From contig CAVRCI010000001.1 in the NCBI GenBank assembly GCA_963719495.1, positions 288,001-352,000 on the forward strand: a stretch of 64,000 nt of DNA, given 5' to 3'. The DNA comes from an uncultured Verrucomicrobiae bacterium. Its GTDB lineage: Bacteria; Verrucomicrobiota; Verrucomicrobiia; Chthoniobacterales; JAATET01. Positions 28,867 through 38,112 of this stretch are shown piece after piece (positions within the stretch are counted from its first letter, which is position 1; each line of letters opens with the position of its first letter). A program made the position numbers and the translations under genes. The notes beneath the pieces are model-generated. The model was not told the DNA's origin, searched no databases, and saw only the letters and a list, made by a program, of their open reading frames with translations.

Positions 28867-31350
28867 ATGTCATCCCAAGTCCCACTCCAAACCGGCCTCG
28901 ACACTTCCACCGAGGGCATGAAGGCCCTCATCCGCAATCAGCTCACCTACGCCCTCGCCCGGGATACCTCCACGGCGACCGCCCGCGATTGGTGGCTCGC
29001 CACGTCCAAGGCCGTCCAGGCGCTCATCATCGAGCGCATGATCGCCACCCAATCCGCCCTCCACGAACAGAACGTCAAACGCGTCTATTACCTCTCCCTC
29101 GAGTTCCTCATGGGGCGCCTCTACAGCAACAGCCTCTATTCCGCCGGCGTTCACGATGAAATCGAGCGAGCCCTCGTCGAGCTCGGTCTCGACCCCGACG
29201 TCATCCGCCACGAAGAATACGACATGGGCCTCGGGAACGGCGGCCTCGGCCGTCTCGCCGCCTGCTTCCTCGACTCCCTGGCCACCCTCGACCTCCCCGC
29301 CGTCGGTTACGGGATCCACTACAAATACGGCCTTTTCCGGCAGGAATTCGTCAACGGCCACCAGATCGAACACCCCGATGACTGGATGAAATTCGGCACC
29401 CCCTGGGAAATTGTCCGTCCCGAGCACGCCAGCGAGATCGAGATCTTCGGCGAGGTCGAAAACGTCTTCGACGACCGCGGCAACTACGTCCCCAAGTGGA
29501 CGAATACCCGCAAGCTGATCGGCGTCCCCTACGACATCCCGATCCCCGGCTTCGACACCCCGACCGTCAATTACCTCCGCCTCTGGGAATCCCGCGCCGG
29601 CGAGGAATTCGATTTCGCCGCCTTCAACCGCGGCGGTTACAGCGAAGCCGTCCACGACAAAAACGTCTCCGAGACCGTCTCCAAGGTCCTTTACCCGAAC
29701 GACGCCACCGAGTCCGGCAAGGAGCTCCGCCTCATCCAGCAGTATTTCTTCGTTGCCTGCTCGCTCAAGGACATCATCCGCCGCTTCCGCAAGACGAACG
29801 CCGACCTCGCCACCTTCCCCGACAAGGCCGCCATCCAGCTCAACGACACCCACCCGGCCATCGCCGTCGTCGAGCTCATGCGGCTCTTCTACGACGAGGA
29901 GGGCATGGAATGGGACGTCGCCTGGGATCTCGTCACCCGCACCTTCGCCTACACCAACCACACGCTTCTGCCCGAGGCTCTCGAGAAATGGAGCGTCGGC
30001 CTCTTCGAAAAAGTCCTCCCCCGTCACCTCCAGATCATCTTCGAGATCAACAAACGCTTCCTCGAAACCGTCGAAGCCAAATGGCCCGGCGACGCCGCGA
30101 AGAAGCGCACCCTCTCCCTCATCGAAGAAGGCGGCGGCAAGATGGTCCGCATGGCCCACCTCTCCGTCGTCGGCAGCCACAGCGTGAACGGCGTCGCCGC
30201 CCTTCACACCCGACTTCTCAAAAGCGACCTCTTCCCCGAGTTCGACGAACTCTACCCCGGCAAGTTCAACAACAAGACGAACGGCATCACGCCCCGCCGC
30301 TGGCTCCTCGCTTGCAACCCCGAGCTCAGCAAACTCATCACCAGCAAGATCGGCCACGGCTGGGAAAAAGATCTCCCGCTCCTCAAAGGCATCGAGCCCT
30401 TCGCCGAAGACCCGGAATTCCAACGCGAATTCATGGCCATCAAGCGCGACAACAAAGTCAACCTCGCCCGCATCATCGAGCGCGACACCGGTGTCGTCGT
30501 CGACCCCGACGCCATGTTCGACGTCCAGATCAAGCGCCTCCATGAATACAAGCGCCAGCACCTCAACCTCCTCCACATCCTCGCGCTCTACCGCCGCCTG
30601 CTTCAGGACCCCGACCTGGACATCGCGCCCCGCGTTTTCATTTTTGCCGCCAAAGCCGCGCCCGGCTACGAGATCGCCAAGCTCATCATCAAAGCGATCA
30701 ACGCCGTCGGTGCCACCATCAACGCCGACGAACGCATCAACGGCAAACTCAAGGTCGTCTTCCTGCCCAACTACCGCGTCTCGCTCGCCCAGCGCATCGT
30801 CCCCGCAGCCGACCTCTCCGAGCAAATCTCGACCGCCGGCAAAGAGGCCTCGGGAACCGGCAACATGAAGCTCGCCCTCAACGGCGCGCTCACCATCGGC
30901 ACCCTCGACGGAGCCAACGTCGAGATCGGCGAGGAAGTCGGCGACGACAACATCTTCATCTGCGGCATGACCGTCGAAGAAGTCGAAGCGCTCAAAAAGA
31001 AGGGCTACAACCCCACCGACTTCTACAACGAAAACGAAGAACTCCGCGCGGTAGTCGATTGGATCGGTTCCAACTACTTCACCCCCGACGAGCCCGGCTG
31101 CCTGGCCAAGCTCCGCGACAACCTCATTCACCACGACCCCTTCCTCGTCCTGGCCGACTACCAGAGCTACGTCGACAAGCAGGAAGAAGTGGACGCCGCC
31201 TTCAAAGACAAGAAGCGCTGGGCCAAAATGGCCATCCTCAACACCGCAAGAGTCGGCAAATTCAGCAGCGACCGCACCATCGACCAATACGCCAAAGAAA
31301 TCTGGAAAGTCGACCCCATCCAAGTCGAACGCCGAAAAACGGACCGCTGA
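28867..31350 (+). CDS. glgP: Glycogen/starch/alpha-glucan phosphorylase
   Basis: [34 protein letters not shown] (PLP lysine), FSSDRTI. Confidence 0.97.
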   Translation: MSSQVPLQTGLDTSTEGMKALIRNQLTYALARDTSTATARDWWLATSKAVQALIIERMIATQSALHEQNVKRVYYLSLEFLMGRLYSNSLYSAGVHDEIERALVELGLDPDVIRHEEYDMGLGNGGLGRLAACFLDSLATLDLPAVGYGIHYKYGLFRQEFVNGHQIEHPDDWMKFGTPWEIVRPEHASEIEIFGEVENVFDDRGNYVPKWTNTRKLIGVPYDIPIPGFDTPTVNYLRLWESRAGEEFDFAAFNRGGYSEAVHDKNVSETVSKVLYPNDATESGKELRLIQQYFFVACSLKDIIRRFRKTNADLATFPDKAAIQLNDTHPAIAVVELMRLFYDEEGMEWDVAWDLVTRTFAYTNHTLLPEALEKWSVGLFEKVLPRHLQIIFEINKRFLETVEAKWPGDAAKKRTLSLIEEGGGKMVRMAHLSVVGSHSVNGVAALHTRLLKSDLFPEFDELYPGKFNNKTNGITPRRWLLACNPELSKLITSKIGHGWEKDLPLLKGIEPFAEDPEFQREFMAIKRDNKVNLARIIERDTGVVVDPDAMFDVQIKRLHEYKRQHLNLLHILALYRRLLQDPDLDIAPRVFIFAAKAAPGYEIAKLIIKAINAVGATINADERINGKLKVVFLPNYRVSLAQRIVPAADLSEQISTAGKEASGTGNMKLALNGALTIGTLDGANVEIGEEVGDDNIFICGMTVEEVEALKKKGYNPTDFYNENEELRAVVDWIGSNYFTPDEPGCLAKLRDNLIHHDPFLVLADYQSYVDKQEEVDAAFKDKKRWAKMAILNTARVGKFSSDRTIDQYAKEIWKVDPIQVERRKTDR

Positions 31351-31353
31351 GCC

Positions 31354-31540
31354 GGGGAGCGCACGCCTCCCGGCGTGCGAGATCCGGCGTCCCGCCGGAT
31401 CAGCAGGCAATTCGAGGGCAGCGAGAGAGCCGAAGCGGGGTGAAAAAGGGTCGTCTTCGGCTGTCTCCGCTTCGCTGCGGCTCCAGCCTGTCGTGCCGGG
31501 CATCCTGCCCGGCACCCCAAACCAATCCGGCGAAAGCCGG
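31354..31540 (+). repeat. REP-like composite element (GGGGAGCGCACGC...CGGCG-TCC-CGCCG, family C) plus further hairpins
   Basis: Homologous to 45872-45918 and 51028-51075. Confidence 0.8.
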
Positions 31541-31556
31541 ACACTTCCCACCACCG

Positions 31557-32438
31557 ATGCGAGCTCTGATCATCATCATCCTAGCCACCCAGATCCTGGC
31601 AGCCACCACCTCCTTCGCCTCCGGCAATTTCCAATACGACACCTCGGACCGAATCGAAACATCGGCGCTAGATTACGAGCTCTTCATCAACTTCGCGATC
31701 AGCGACCGCAATCCGAACCGCGATCCGTCGTTGAGCTACTACACCGATCATAGAGTCTACGGAATTAACCAAGATCGTTTCGAAGTGGTCGAAGAACGTT
31801 ACCAAGGGAACGTGCCGCGCGAGGCCTACGAAGATCTCCTCGAGGCCGCGACGAAGTTGTCCACCTCGACCCTCATCGCACCGCCCGACAGTGGGCCAGC
31901 CCAAGTTCGCGGCTGGCTGGAGATCAACGGAGAAAGATTCAGAATCAAAGCACCCCCAAACTCCGCCATCCGCCTCCAATGGCGAAAACTCATCGACGAA
32001 TTCCTCGCCGAGCACGTCCCCGCCAAGCACCGCAGACGCGCCACCCGCACCCTCGAAGGCGAAACCGTCGCTCCGACCGACGTCGATTTCCCGACCCTCC
32101 TCGCCTCCCCACAAGCCTTCGACGGCAAACGCATCCGCATCACCGGCTACTACCACAACGAGTTCGAAGGCAGCAGCTTCGCCGCCACTCCAGCCGACAT
32201 CGACAACTACGACGAAGCGATCTGGCTCGGCGGCAATTCCACCTTCGCCGACCCGGGCCGATTCGATCGTGGAAACAACGTCACCGCCACCGTCGAAGGT
32301 ACCTTCAACATCGGACCCGGCGGCCACATGGGTCTCTGGATGGGCGAGCTCAACCGACTCACCCGCTTCGAATTCATCCACGACACCAAAGGAAACAAAC
32401 GCCGAATCCTGAGGAAACCCATCAATCGCCGCCCCTGA
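31557..32438 (+). CDS. Secreted hypothetical protein
   Basis: Signal peptide MRALIIIILATQILAATTSFA; C-terminal LLASPQAFDGKRIRITGY looks OB-fold-like. Confidence 0.7.
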   Translation: MRALIIIILATQILAATTSFASGNFQYDTSDRIETSALDYELFINFAISDRNPNRDPSLSYYTDHRVYGINQDRFEVVEERYQGNVPREAYEDLLEAATKLSTSTLIAPPDSGPAQVRGWLEINGERFRIKAPPNSAIRLQWRKLIDEFLAEHVPAKHRRRATRTLEGETVAPTDVDFPTLLASPQAFDGKRIRITGYYHNEFEGSSFAATPADIDNYDEAIWLGGNSTFADPGRFDRGNNVTATVEGTFNIGPGGHMGLWMGELNRLTRFEFIHDTKGNKRRILRKPINRRP

Positions 32439-33030
32439 ACCCACAACCAAACTCCCGCAACACCCCCACCACCCGCTCCACCGGTAACCCCACCACATTG
32501 TCGAACGCCCCCTCGAGCGCCTCGATCAGCTCCCCGTCATCCTCCTGCGCCGAATACGACCCCGCCTTGTCCAGCGGGTCGATCCGCGCCAGATACGCCT
32601 CGATCTCCGCCGCGCCAAATTCCCGAAACCGCACGAACGTCGACTCCGCGAACACGTCCTTCCGGCCGCTCACCCCGTCCACCACGCACACCCCGGTGAT
32701 GACCTCGTGCGTCCGCCCGGCCAGCCGCGCCAGCATCCGCCGCGCACCATCCAGATCGCCCGGTTTCCCAAAAATCTCCGCTCTCAGCACGACGATCGTA
32801 TCCGCGCCGATCACCACCGCGTCCCGCCTCCGCGCCACGACCGCGTTCGCCTTCAGCTCCGCGTTGAAAACCGCCAGATCCCGCGCCGCCCCGTCGATCT
32901 CCACGGCCTCACGGACGTCCGCCGACACGCATTCGATCACCATCCCAGCCGCCGCGAGCAGCTCGCGCCGACGCGGTGACCGCGACGCCAGCACGATGTT
33001 CCGCCGACCCCCCGCGTCGCCCGCCGCCAA
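32422..33030 (-). CDS. maf: Maf nucleoside triphosphate pyrophosphatase
   Basis: LASRSPRRRELL, IGADTIV, GKP, DKAGSY, NVVGLP. Confidence 0.92.
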   Translation of the reverse strand: MAAGDAGGRRNIVLASRSPRRRELLAAAGMVIECVSADVREAVEIDGAARDLAVFNAELKANAVVARRRDAVVIGADTIVVLRAEIFGKPGDLDGARRMLARLAGRTHEVITGVCVVDGVSGRKDVFAESTFVRFREFGAAEIEAYLARIDPLDKAGSYSAQEDDGELIEALEGAFDNVVGLPVERVVGVLREFGCGFRGGD

Positions 33031-33033
33031 AGC

Positions 33034-33333
33034 TCAAACGATCTCTTCGAGATCGCGCAGACTCGCGTCGCCGCGGATCGAATCCAGCTGCTGCCGCATC
33101 CGGCTCGAAGACTCCGGCCGATCCTTGATCCGCGTGAAGACACCCGCCGCAAACGGCACCACCGCCGCCGTGCCAGCCCCAATCAGCGCGATGGCCGTGC
33201 GCTGACGCGACACCATCCCCATCTTGTCGGCGACAAGGAGACCAATGCCGAGACCCACCGCGGCTTGGGAAAAAGCGACCAGACCAGACACCGGGAGGTT
33301 CTGACCAAACTTCGAAATCGGGAGAAAGACCAT
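33034..33333 (-). CDS. Small membrane hypothetical protein
   Basis: Hydrophobic segments GLVAFSQAAVGLGIGLLVA and TAIALIGAGTAAVVPFA; stop 3 bp before the maf start; alternative start 33363. Confidence 0.6.
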   Translation of the reverse strand: MVFLPISKFGQNLPVSGLVAFSQAAVGLGIGLLVADKMGMVSRQRTAIALIGAGTAAVVPFAAGVFTRIKDRPESSSRMRQQLDSIRGDASLRDLEEIV

Positions 33334-33375
33334 AGGCTGGAAGCTAGGAGCGGCCTGTGCCATTTTCAACTTCAA

Positions 33376-33795
33376 ATGACTGCCCAACGCACCCTCGGCG
33401 TCGACCACGGCGACGCCCGAGTCGGCCTCGCGCTCAGCGACGAACTCAACTTCCTCGCCCATCCGCTCGAGACCATCGTCGTGAAAACGACGTCGCCCAT
33501 CCGCCGCATCCGCGAGATCGTCGAGACCCGGGAAGTCGGCCTCATCGTCGTCGGACTCCCCCGCAACATGGACGGCACCCACGGCCCCGCCGCCGAGAAA
33601 GTGACCGCCTTCGTCGAAAAACTCCGCGCCTCCATCCGCTGCAAAGTCGTCACCATCGACGAACGCCTCTCCACCGTCGCCGCCCAGCGCTCCCTCCAGG
33701 AAGCCGGCCGCAAAGCCCACCAGCAACGCGCCGTCATCGACCAGGCCGCCGCCCAGGTCATCCTCCAAACCTACCTCGACAGCCAAAATCCGTAA
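33376..33795 (+). CDS. ruvX: Holliday junction resolvase-like RuvX/YqgF
   Basis: LGVDHGDARVGLALSD, VVGLPRNMDG, DERLST, IDQAAAQVIL. Confidence 0.93.
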   Translation: MTAQRTLGVDHGDARVGLALSDELNFLAHPLETIVVKTTSPIRRIREIVETREVGLIVVGLPRNMDGTHGPAAEKVTAFVEKLRASIRCKVVTIDERLSTVAAQRSLQEAGRKAHQQRAVIDQAAAQVILQTYLDSQNP

Positions 33796-33849
33796 CCAAG
33801 TCACCCAATCCAAAATCCAAAATCTAGAATCCAAAATCCCCCCACCCGT

Positions 33850-34581
33850 CTGCGGCTTACGATCGCCTACGACGGCACCCCCTTCGCGGGCTGGCAACGC
33901 CAGCGCGACGCCGACGGCATCCAAGCCCGCGTCGAAGCCGCGTTCTTCAAGATCACCGGTGAGTCGGTCGCCGTCCACGGGGCCGGCCGCACCGACGCCG
34001 GCGTCCACGCCCTCGCCCAGGTCGCGCACGCCGACGTCCCCGGCCTACGCCTCGATCCCGCCGCCTGCCTACGCGCCCTCAACGCCGTCCTTCCCGCCGA
34101 GATCCGAGTCAATTCCGTCCGCCGCGCGAAACCCACTTTCCACGCCCGCTTTCTCCCAATCGCGAAGATCTACCGCTACGACATTTACACCGGCCCCATT
34201 CTCCCACCCCCGCTCGTCCACCGGGTCTGGCACGTCCCCCAGCCGCTCGACCTCGACCGGCTCCGCGCCGCCCTCGCCCTCTACGAAGGCGAACACGACT
34301 TCCGCAACCTCTCCGCCAACCGCCGTCCCATCCCCACGAACACGGTTCGCAATCTCCACTCCGTCCGGCTCACCACCTCACCGCACCGAGTCCGCATCAC
34401 CTACACCGGCAAAGGATTTCTCTACAAAATGGTCCGCATTCTCACGGCCTCCGCCGTCCGCGTCGCCCTCGACCGCGAGCCGATCTCCTGGCTCGCCGAC
34501 CTCGTCGACAACCCGACCGCCAAGCGGTCCAACCGAGTCGCCCCACCCGACGGCCTCACCCTCGTCCGCGTCGTCTACTGA
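33850..34581 (+). CDS. truA: tRNA pseudouridine(38-40) synthase; start codon uncertain
   Basis: Manual translation LRLTIAYDGTPFAGWQRQ...GAGRTDAGVHALAQVAH...FHARF...GEHDF...GFLYKMVR...APPDGLTL; stop TGA 34579-34581; no ATG/GTG/TTG ahead of the core. Confidence 0.9.
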   Translation: MRLTIAYDGTPFAGWQRQRDADGIQARVEAAFFKITGESVAVHGAGRTDAGVHALAQVAHADVPGLRLDPAACLRALNAVLPAEIRVNSVRRAKPTFHARFLPIAKIYRYDIYTGPILPPPLVHRVWHVPQPLDLDRLRAALALYEGEHDFRNLSANRRPIPTNTVRNLHSVRLTTSPHRVRITYTGKGFLYKMVRILTASAVRVALDREPISWLADLVDNPTAKRSNRVAPPDGLTLVRVVY

Positions 34582-34801
34582 GAAAAATCGCGCCAGCGAT
34601 CCCCTCGAAGGTAGGGCAGCCGCCCCGCCGGGCGCCCATTCCCGGTCACCCGTTGCGAAGACCAACCAGAAAGCGACCCATACTCCGCCAACAACTGCGC
34701 AGAACATTGCCAAATGCGAACCGTCCCATGGCGCAGAACACTTCCCCCCCCAAAGCACCTCCCACGACCCGCGCCCAGCGCGAATGCTCCCGATCAACAA
34801 C

Positions 34802-35060
34802 TCAGTGACGAATCCGAACGAGCAGTGCCAATCCAGCCACGATCATCATCAAAAAAGCCAGTGGCCACGCCTGAACGTAGGAGAATCCCAGCCGTTCAGC
34901 CGCGCCATCAAGGAGCCCGGCGGAGCCCAGGTCCGGGATCGCACTCACCCGCGCAAGTTCCATCGCCGCTGGCCCGAAAAACACGACGATCGCGGCAAAC
35001 ACGACGTAGCCCGCAACCAAACAAAAGATCTGAAAGTCCGTTAGATCGGTTTTCCGTCGC
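34802..35060 (-). CDS. Possible small membrane protein or gene remnant; start unknown
   Basis: Hydrophobic stretches IFCLVAGYVVFAAIVVFF and WPLAFLMMIVAGLALLV; atypical codon use. Confidence 0.3.
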
Positions 35061-35373
35061 CGGGGCCGCCCTGACAGCACGCTCGGGCTGAGCTCGCGGT
35101 TGTCCGCGGGTGGCTGGTGGTAACACCACCGATCCGGGTTGACGGGTTGGACCGACCGTTGATCGGCACCGAGCCCGATGGGGCCGCTCGGGTTCTTGGC
35201 TGGCTTGGGAGCGGTCGGATCGCGAAGCGCGGAAGCAGTTTGCATGGCGGAACGTTTAACGAAACCGCCTTCGCTCTCGCAATCGGATTGCACCCTGATT
35301 GAAGCATCGGGGCGGCCATCGGGGAGTCAAAATTCGCCAGTGAGTCGCAAATCTGCCTCAGCCGCCCACCAAT

Positions 35374-36372
35374 TCAGCGCCAGCCCCGGGGTCCGCCCGT
35401 GTGCCCAAGATCATTTCGCGAACCGTTCCGATCTCGAAAACGACGCCCCGTTACCCCAGCGTCGATCCCGGGACTGGTCCGGCGAAGAACGAACGACGCA
35501 ACGTCCAATTCGCGCGGAATCCGACGGCCCGGCGCGCGCCGGAAGCGGGGCTCTCCGTCCTGATTCGCGCGAAACCGTGACTCGCCGACCGCCACCTCGG
35601 CGTCCGTCACGAATTCGAAATCCTTAAAATCGCCCGTCAACACCGCGGCGCGCGCGTTGCGATGGAAAAGATTCTCCCGAATCTTCGCCGAGCCGCTGAA
35701 GTCGCAGATTCCCCGACCGGTCGGCGCGCCGCTCGAAAGCCGCGAGCCGTTCAGCACGAAAAGATTGTTCCTCACCACGGAAGCCCGTGGGCCGTTTTGC
35801 ACGAGCAACCCATTCCCATTCCCGCGCACGACCGTGTTGTTCACCACGACCGCACTCGCGCCCCCGTCGACGTAGACCTGATGCGCGTCCGAAGTCGCCT
35901 GCGGACGCGGATCGAAATTGTAGGCGATGAGGTTGTTCGCGATCACCGGGCGCGACCGCCGACCCCGAACGTAAATCCCCGCTCCGGTATCGTTCGCCCG
36001 ATTGGCGAAAATCACCGTCCGCCGGATGCTTGGCGAGCTGTTCGAAACGAGAATCCCGCCCCCGCCATCGGCAAAACCTCCCGTAATCTGAACGGAATCC
36101 AGAACCGAGCGCCGCCCCTCCCCGGACGTGAACCTGACCACCGACCCAACACCGTCCCCCACGATCAGTGTCGCGGGTCCCGCGCCCCGCACGGTCACCG
36201 CTTTTCCCCGAAAATCGATATTTCCCTCGTAGCGCCCAGCTTCCAGCTTGATCCGTTCGCCACTCTCGGCCGCGTCGACCGCCGACTGCACCGATCCACC
36301 CGATGGCACCAGGATTTCCGCCCACGCGGACGGAACGACGATCGAAGCGGCGAGCAGAAAAATGGCTTTCAT
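35374..36372 (-). CDS. Secreted right-handed parallel beta-helix protein
   Basis: Signal peptide, SVQSAVDAA...GRYEGNIDFRGKAV, GGGI/GAGI repeats, SPGIDAG, RNDLG. Confidence 0.85.
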   Translation of the reverse strand: MKAIFLLAASIVVPSAWAEILVPSGGSVQSAVDAAESGERIKLEAGRYEGNIDFRGKAVTVRGAGPATLIVGDGVGSVVRFTSGEGRRSVLDSVQITGGFADGGGGILVSNSSPSIRRTVIFANRANDTGAGIYVRGRRSRPVIANNLIAYNFDPRPQATSDAHQVYVDGGASAVVVNNTVVRGNGNGLLVQNGPRASVVRNNLFVLNGSRLSSGAPTGRGICDFSGSAKIRENLFHRNARAAVLTGDFKDFEFVTDAEVAVGESRFRANQDGEPRFRRAPGRRIPRELDVASFVLRRTSPGIDAGVTGRRFRDRNGSRNDLGHTGGPRGWR

Positions 36373-36438
36373 GCGCATGAGAGCCATTCGCCCGGGCTTT
36401 ATTCCCGTGGAAGCGGAGGCAACGACGCTCTCGATTCG

Positions 36439-38112
36439 TCAGCCGCGCCGCGCCGCATCCGGCAGCGACAATTCGACGCCGAGATCGCCGAGCTTGATGA
36501 GCGAAAGCCCCGCCAGCGCCGGAGTGTCCGCCGCCATCGCCTTGAAGACCTCCTCAATCGCGTAGATCCCGTTCGAACCGCCGACGGCCTGGATCAAATC
36601 GCGCAGGATTTCCCAGTCGTCCCGAGCCTGACCCGGCGAACTCACCGCCCGGTTCAGTCGCTGTATCCGACCCTCGAGGTTGATCATCGACCCGCGCTTC
36701 TCCGAGAAGCCCGCCGACGGCAGCACGATGTCCGCCGCCCGCGTCGTGTCGCTCGGGAGAATCGCCATCGCGATCATGCAATCGAGCATCGCGAAATCAT
36801 CGGCCTCGAAGCCGCAGTCGCTTAGATCCTCACCGAGACAAATGAGCGCCTTCACGCTCCCGTTGCCGACGCCATACGCGATGTCCGTCAGCTTCCCGGT
36901 CGCGACACCGAGCAGCTTCGCGCCCGTGGTGTTGGGATTCCCGTCGTCGGAAACCAAGAAGCCGTCGCCCTCCTGACGCCGCGAGACCACGTCGATCTGC
37001 TTCGTGCCGAGCGAATCCGCCAGCCGCTTCGTAAGGTAAAGTTCCTCGTTGGTCATCCGCGCCGACGCGATGATCGCGATCTCGGACGGCTCGAAGGATT
37101 TAAGCCGATCACCGGCGAATCGGATCGCTTCCGACCACTTCGTCGGAGCCTCACCGTCGCGAATGACCGGCTCCTTGAGCCGCGCGTCGTCGTTGAGATG
37201 GTGAAAGTTCAGCCGGTGCGTGTCCGGCATCCAGCAGGAATTCACCGCCTCGTTCTCGCGCGGCGTGATCCGGAAGATCGTGTTCTCACGACTGCCGATG
37301 AGGATGTTCGTCCCCTGTCCGCAGTTCACGTCGATCGACTTCGTTTCCTTCAAAAACCAGACCCGCATCTGGAAGCGGAAGTCCTTGCTCGTGAGCGCGC
37401 CCACCGGACAGATGTCCACCGTGTTGAGCGAGTAATTATTGTCCAGCCGCTTGCCCGGATACACCGACAGCGTCGTGTGACTCCCGCGGTTCATGAACCC
37501 GAGGACGTCGTCCTCCGCGATCTCCTGCATGAACCGGACGCACCGCGAACACATGATGCAGCGCTCGTCGTCGAGGACGATGTTGCGACCGATGTCGACC
37601 CGCTTCGGCTTCTTGACCTTGTCCTCGAGGAAGCGCGAATCGCCGTTGCCAAACTCCACGCTGAACTCCTGCAACTTGCACTCACCGGCCTGATCGCAAA
37701 TCGTGCAATCCAGCGGGTGATTGATCAGGAGAAACTCCAACACGCCCTTGCGGCACTCCTCGACCATCGGCGATTCCGTCCGCACGCCCATGCCCTCGGA
37801 GATCTCGGTCGCACAAGAGATCGCGGGCCGCGGCCCCCAGGCGATCTCGGGCTTCCCGTCATCGCCCGTCACGACATTGCGCTCGGCGTCGCGCTTCGGC
37901 ATGCCCATTTCGACCAGGCACATGCGGCAATTCCCCGGCGTACTCAGCTTCGGGTGGTAGCAGTAGTGCGGCACGTAGTGACCACTCTTCATGCAGGCCT
38001 CGATGAGCTTCGTTCCCTTCGGAAACTCCTTCCACTCGCCGTCCACCTGGACGTTGATCATCGGAATCTCCGTCTTCGCCTCGGTTTTCTTGTCAGTCTC
38101 GGTCGCCGTCAT
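36439..38112 (-). CDS. nuoG: NADH-quinone oxidoreductase subunit G (short form)
   Basis: PHYCYHPKL, CRMCLVE, HPLDCTICDQAGECKLQ, RCIMCSRCVRF, DICPVGAL. Confidence 0.92.
   Translation of the reverse strand: MTATETDKKTEAKTEIPMINVQVDGEWKEFPKGTKLIEACMKSGHYVPHYCYHPKLSTPGNCRMCLVEMGMPKRDAERNVVTGDDGKPEIAWGPRPAISCATEISEGMGVRTESPMVEECRKGVLEFLLINHPLDCTICDQAGECKLQEFSVEFGNGDSRFLEDKVKKPKRVDIGRNIVLDDERCIMCSRCVRFMQEIAEDDVLGFMNRGSHTTLSVYPGKRLDNNYSLNTVDICPVGALTSKDFRFQMRVWFLKETKSIDVNCGQGTNILIGSRENTIFRITPRENEAVNSCWMPDTHRLNFHHLNDDARLKEPVIRDGEAPTKWSEAIRFAGDRLKSFEPSEIAIIASARMTNEELYLTKRLADSLGTKQIDVVSRRQEGDGFLVSDDGNPNTTGAKLLGVATGKLTDIAYGVGNGSVKALICLGEDLSDCGFEADDFAMLDCMIAMAILPSDTTRAADIVLPSAGFSEKRGSMINLEGRIQRLNRAVSSPGQARDDWEILRDLIQAVGGSNGIYAIEEVFKAMAADTPALAGLSLIKLGDLGVELSLPDAARRG

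Noticed and set aside
35040..35110. Integron attC site (GTTAGAT; GCTGAGCTCGCGGTT)
   Set aside because: No properly paired RYYYAAC/GTTRRRY ends in consistent orientation, no second site and no integrase
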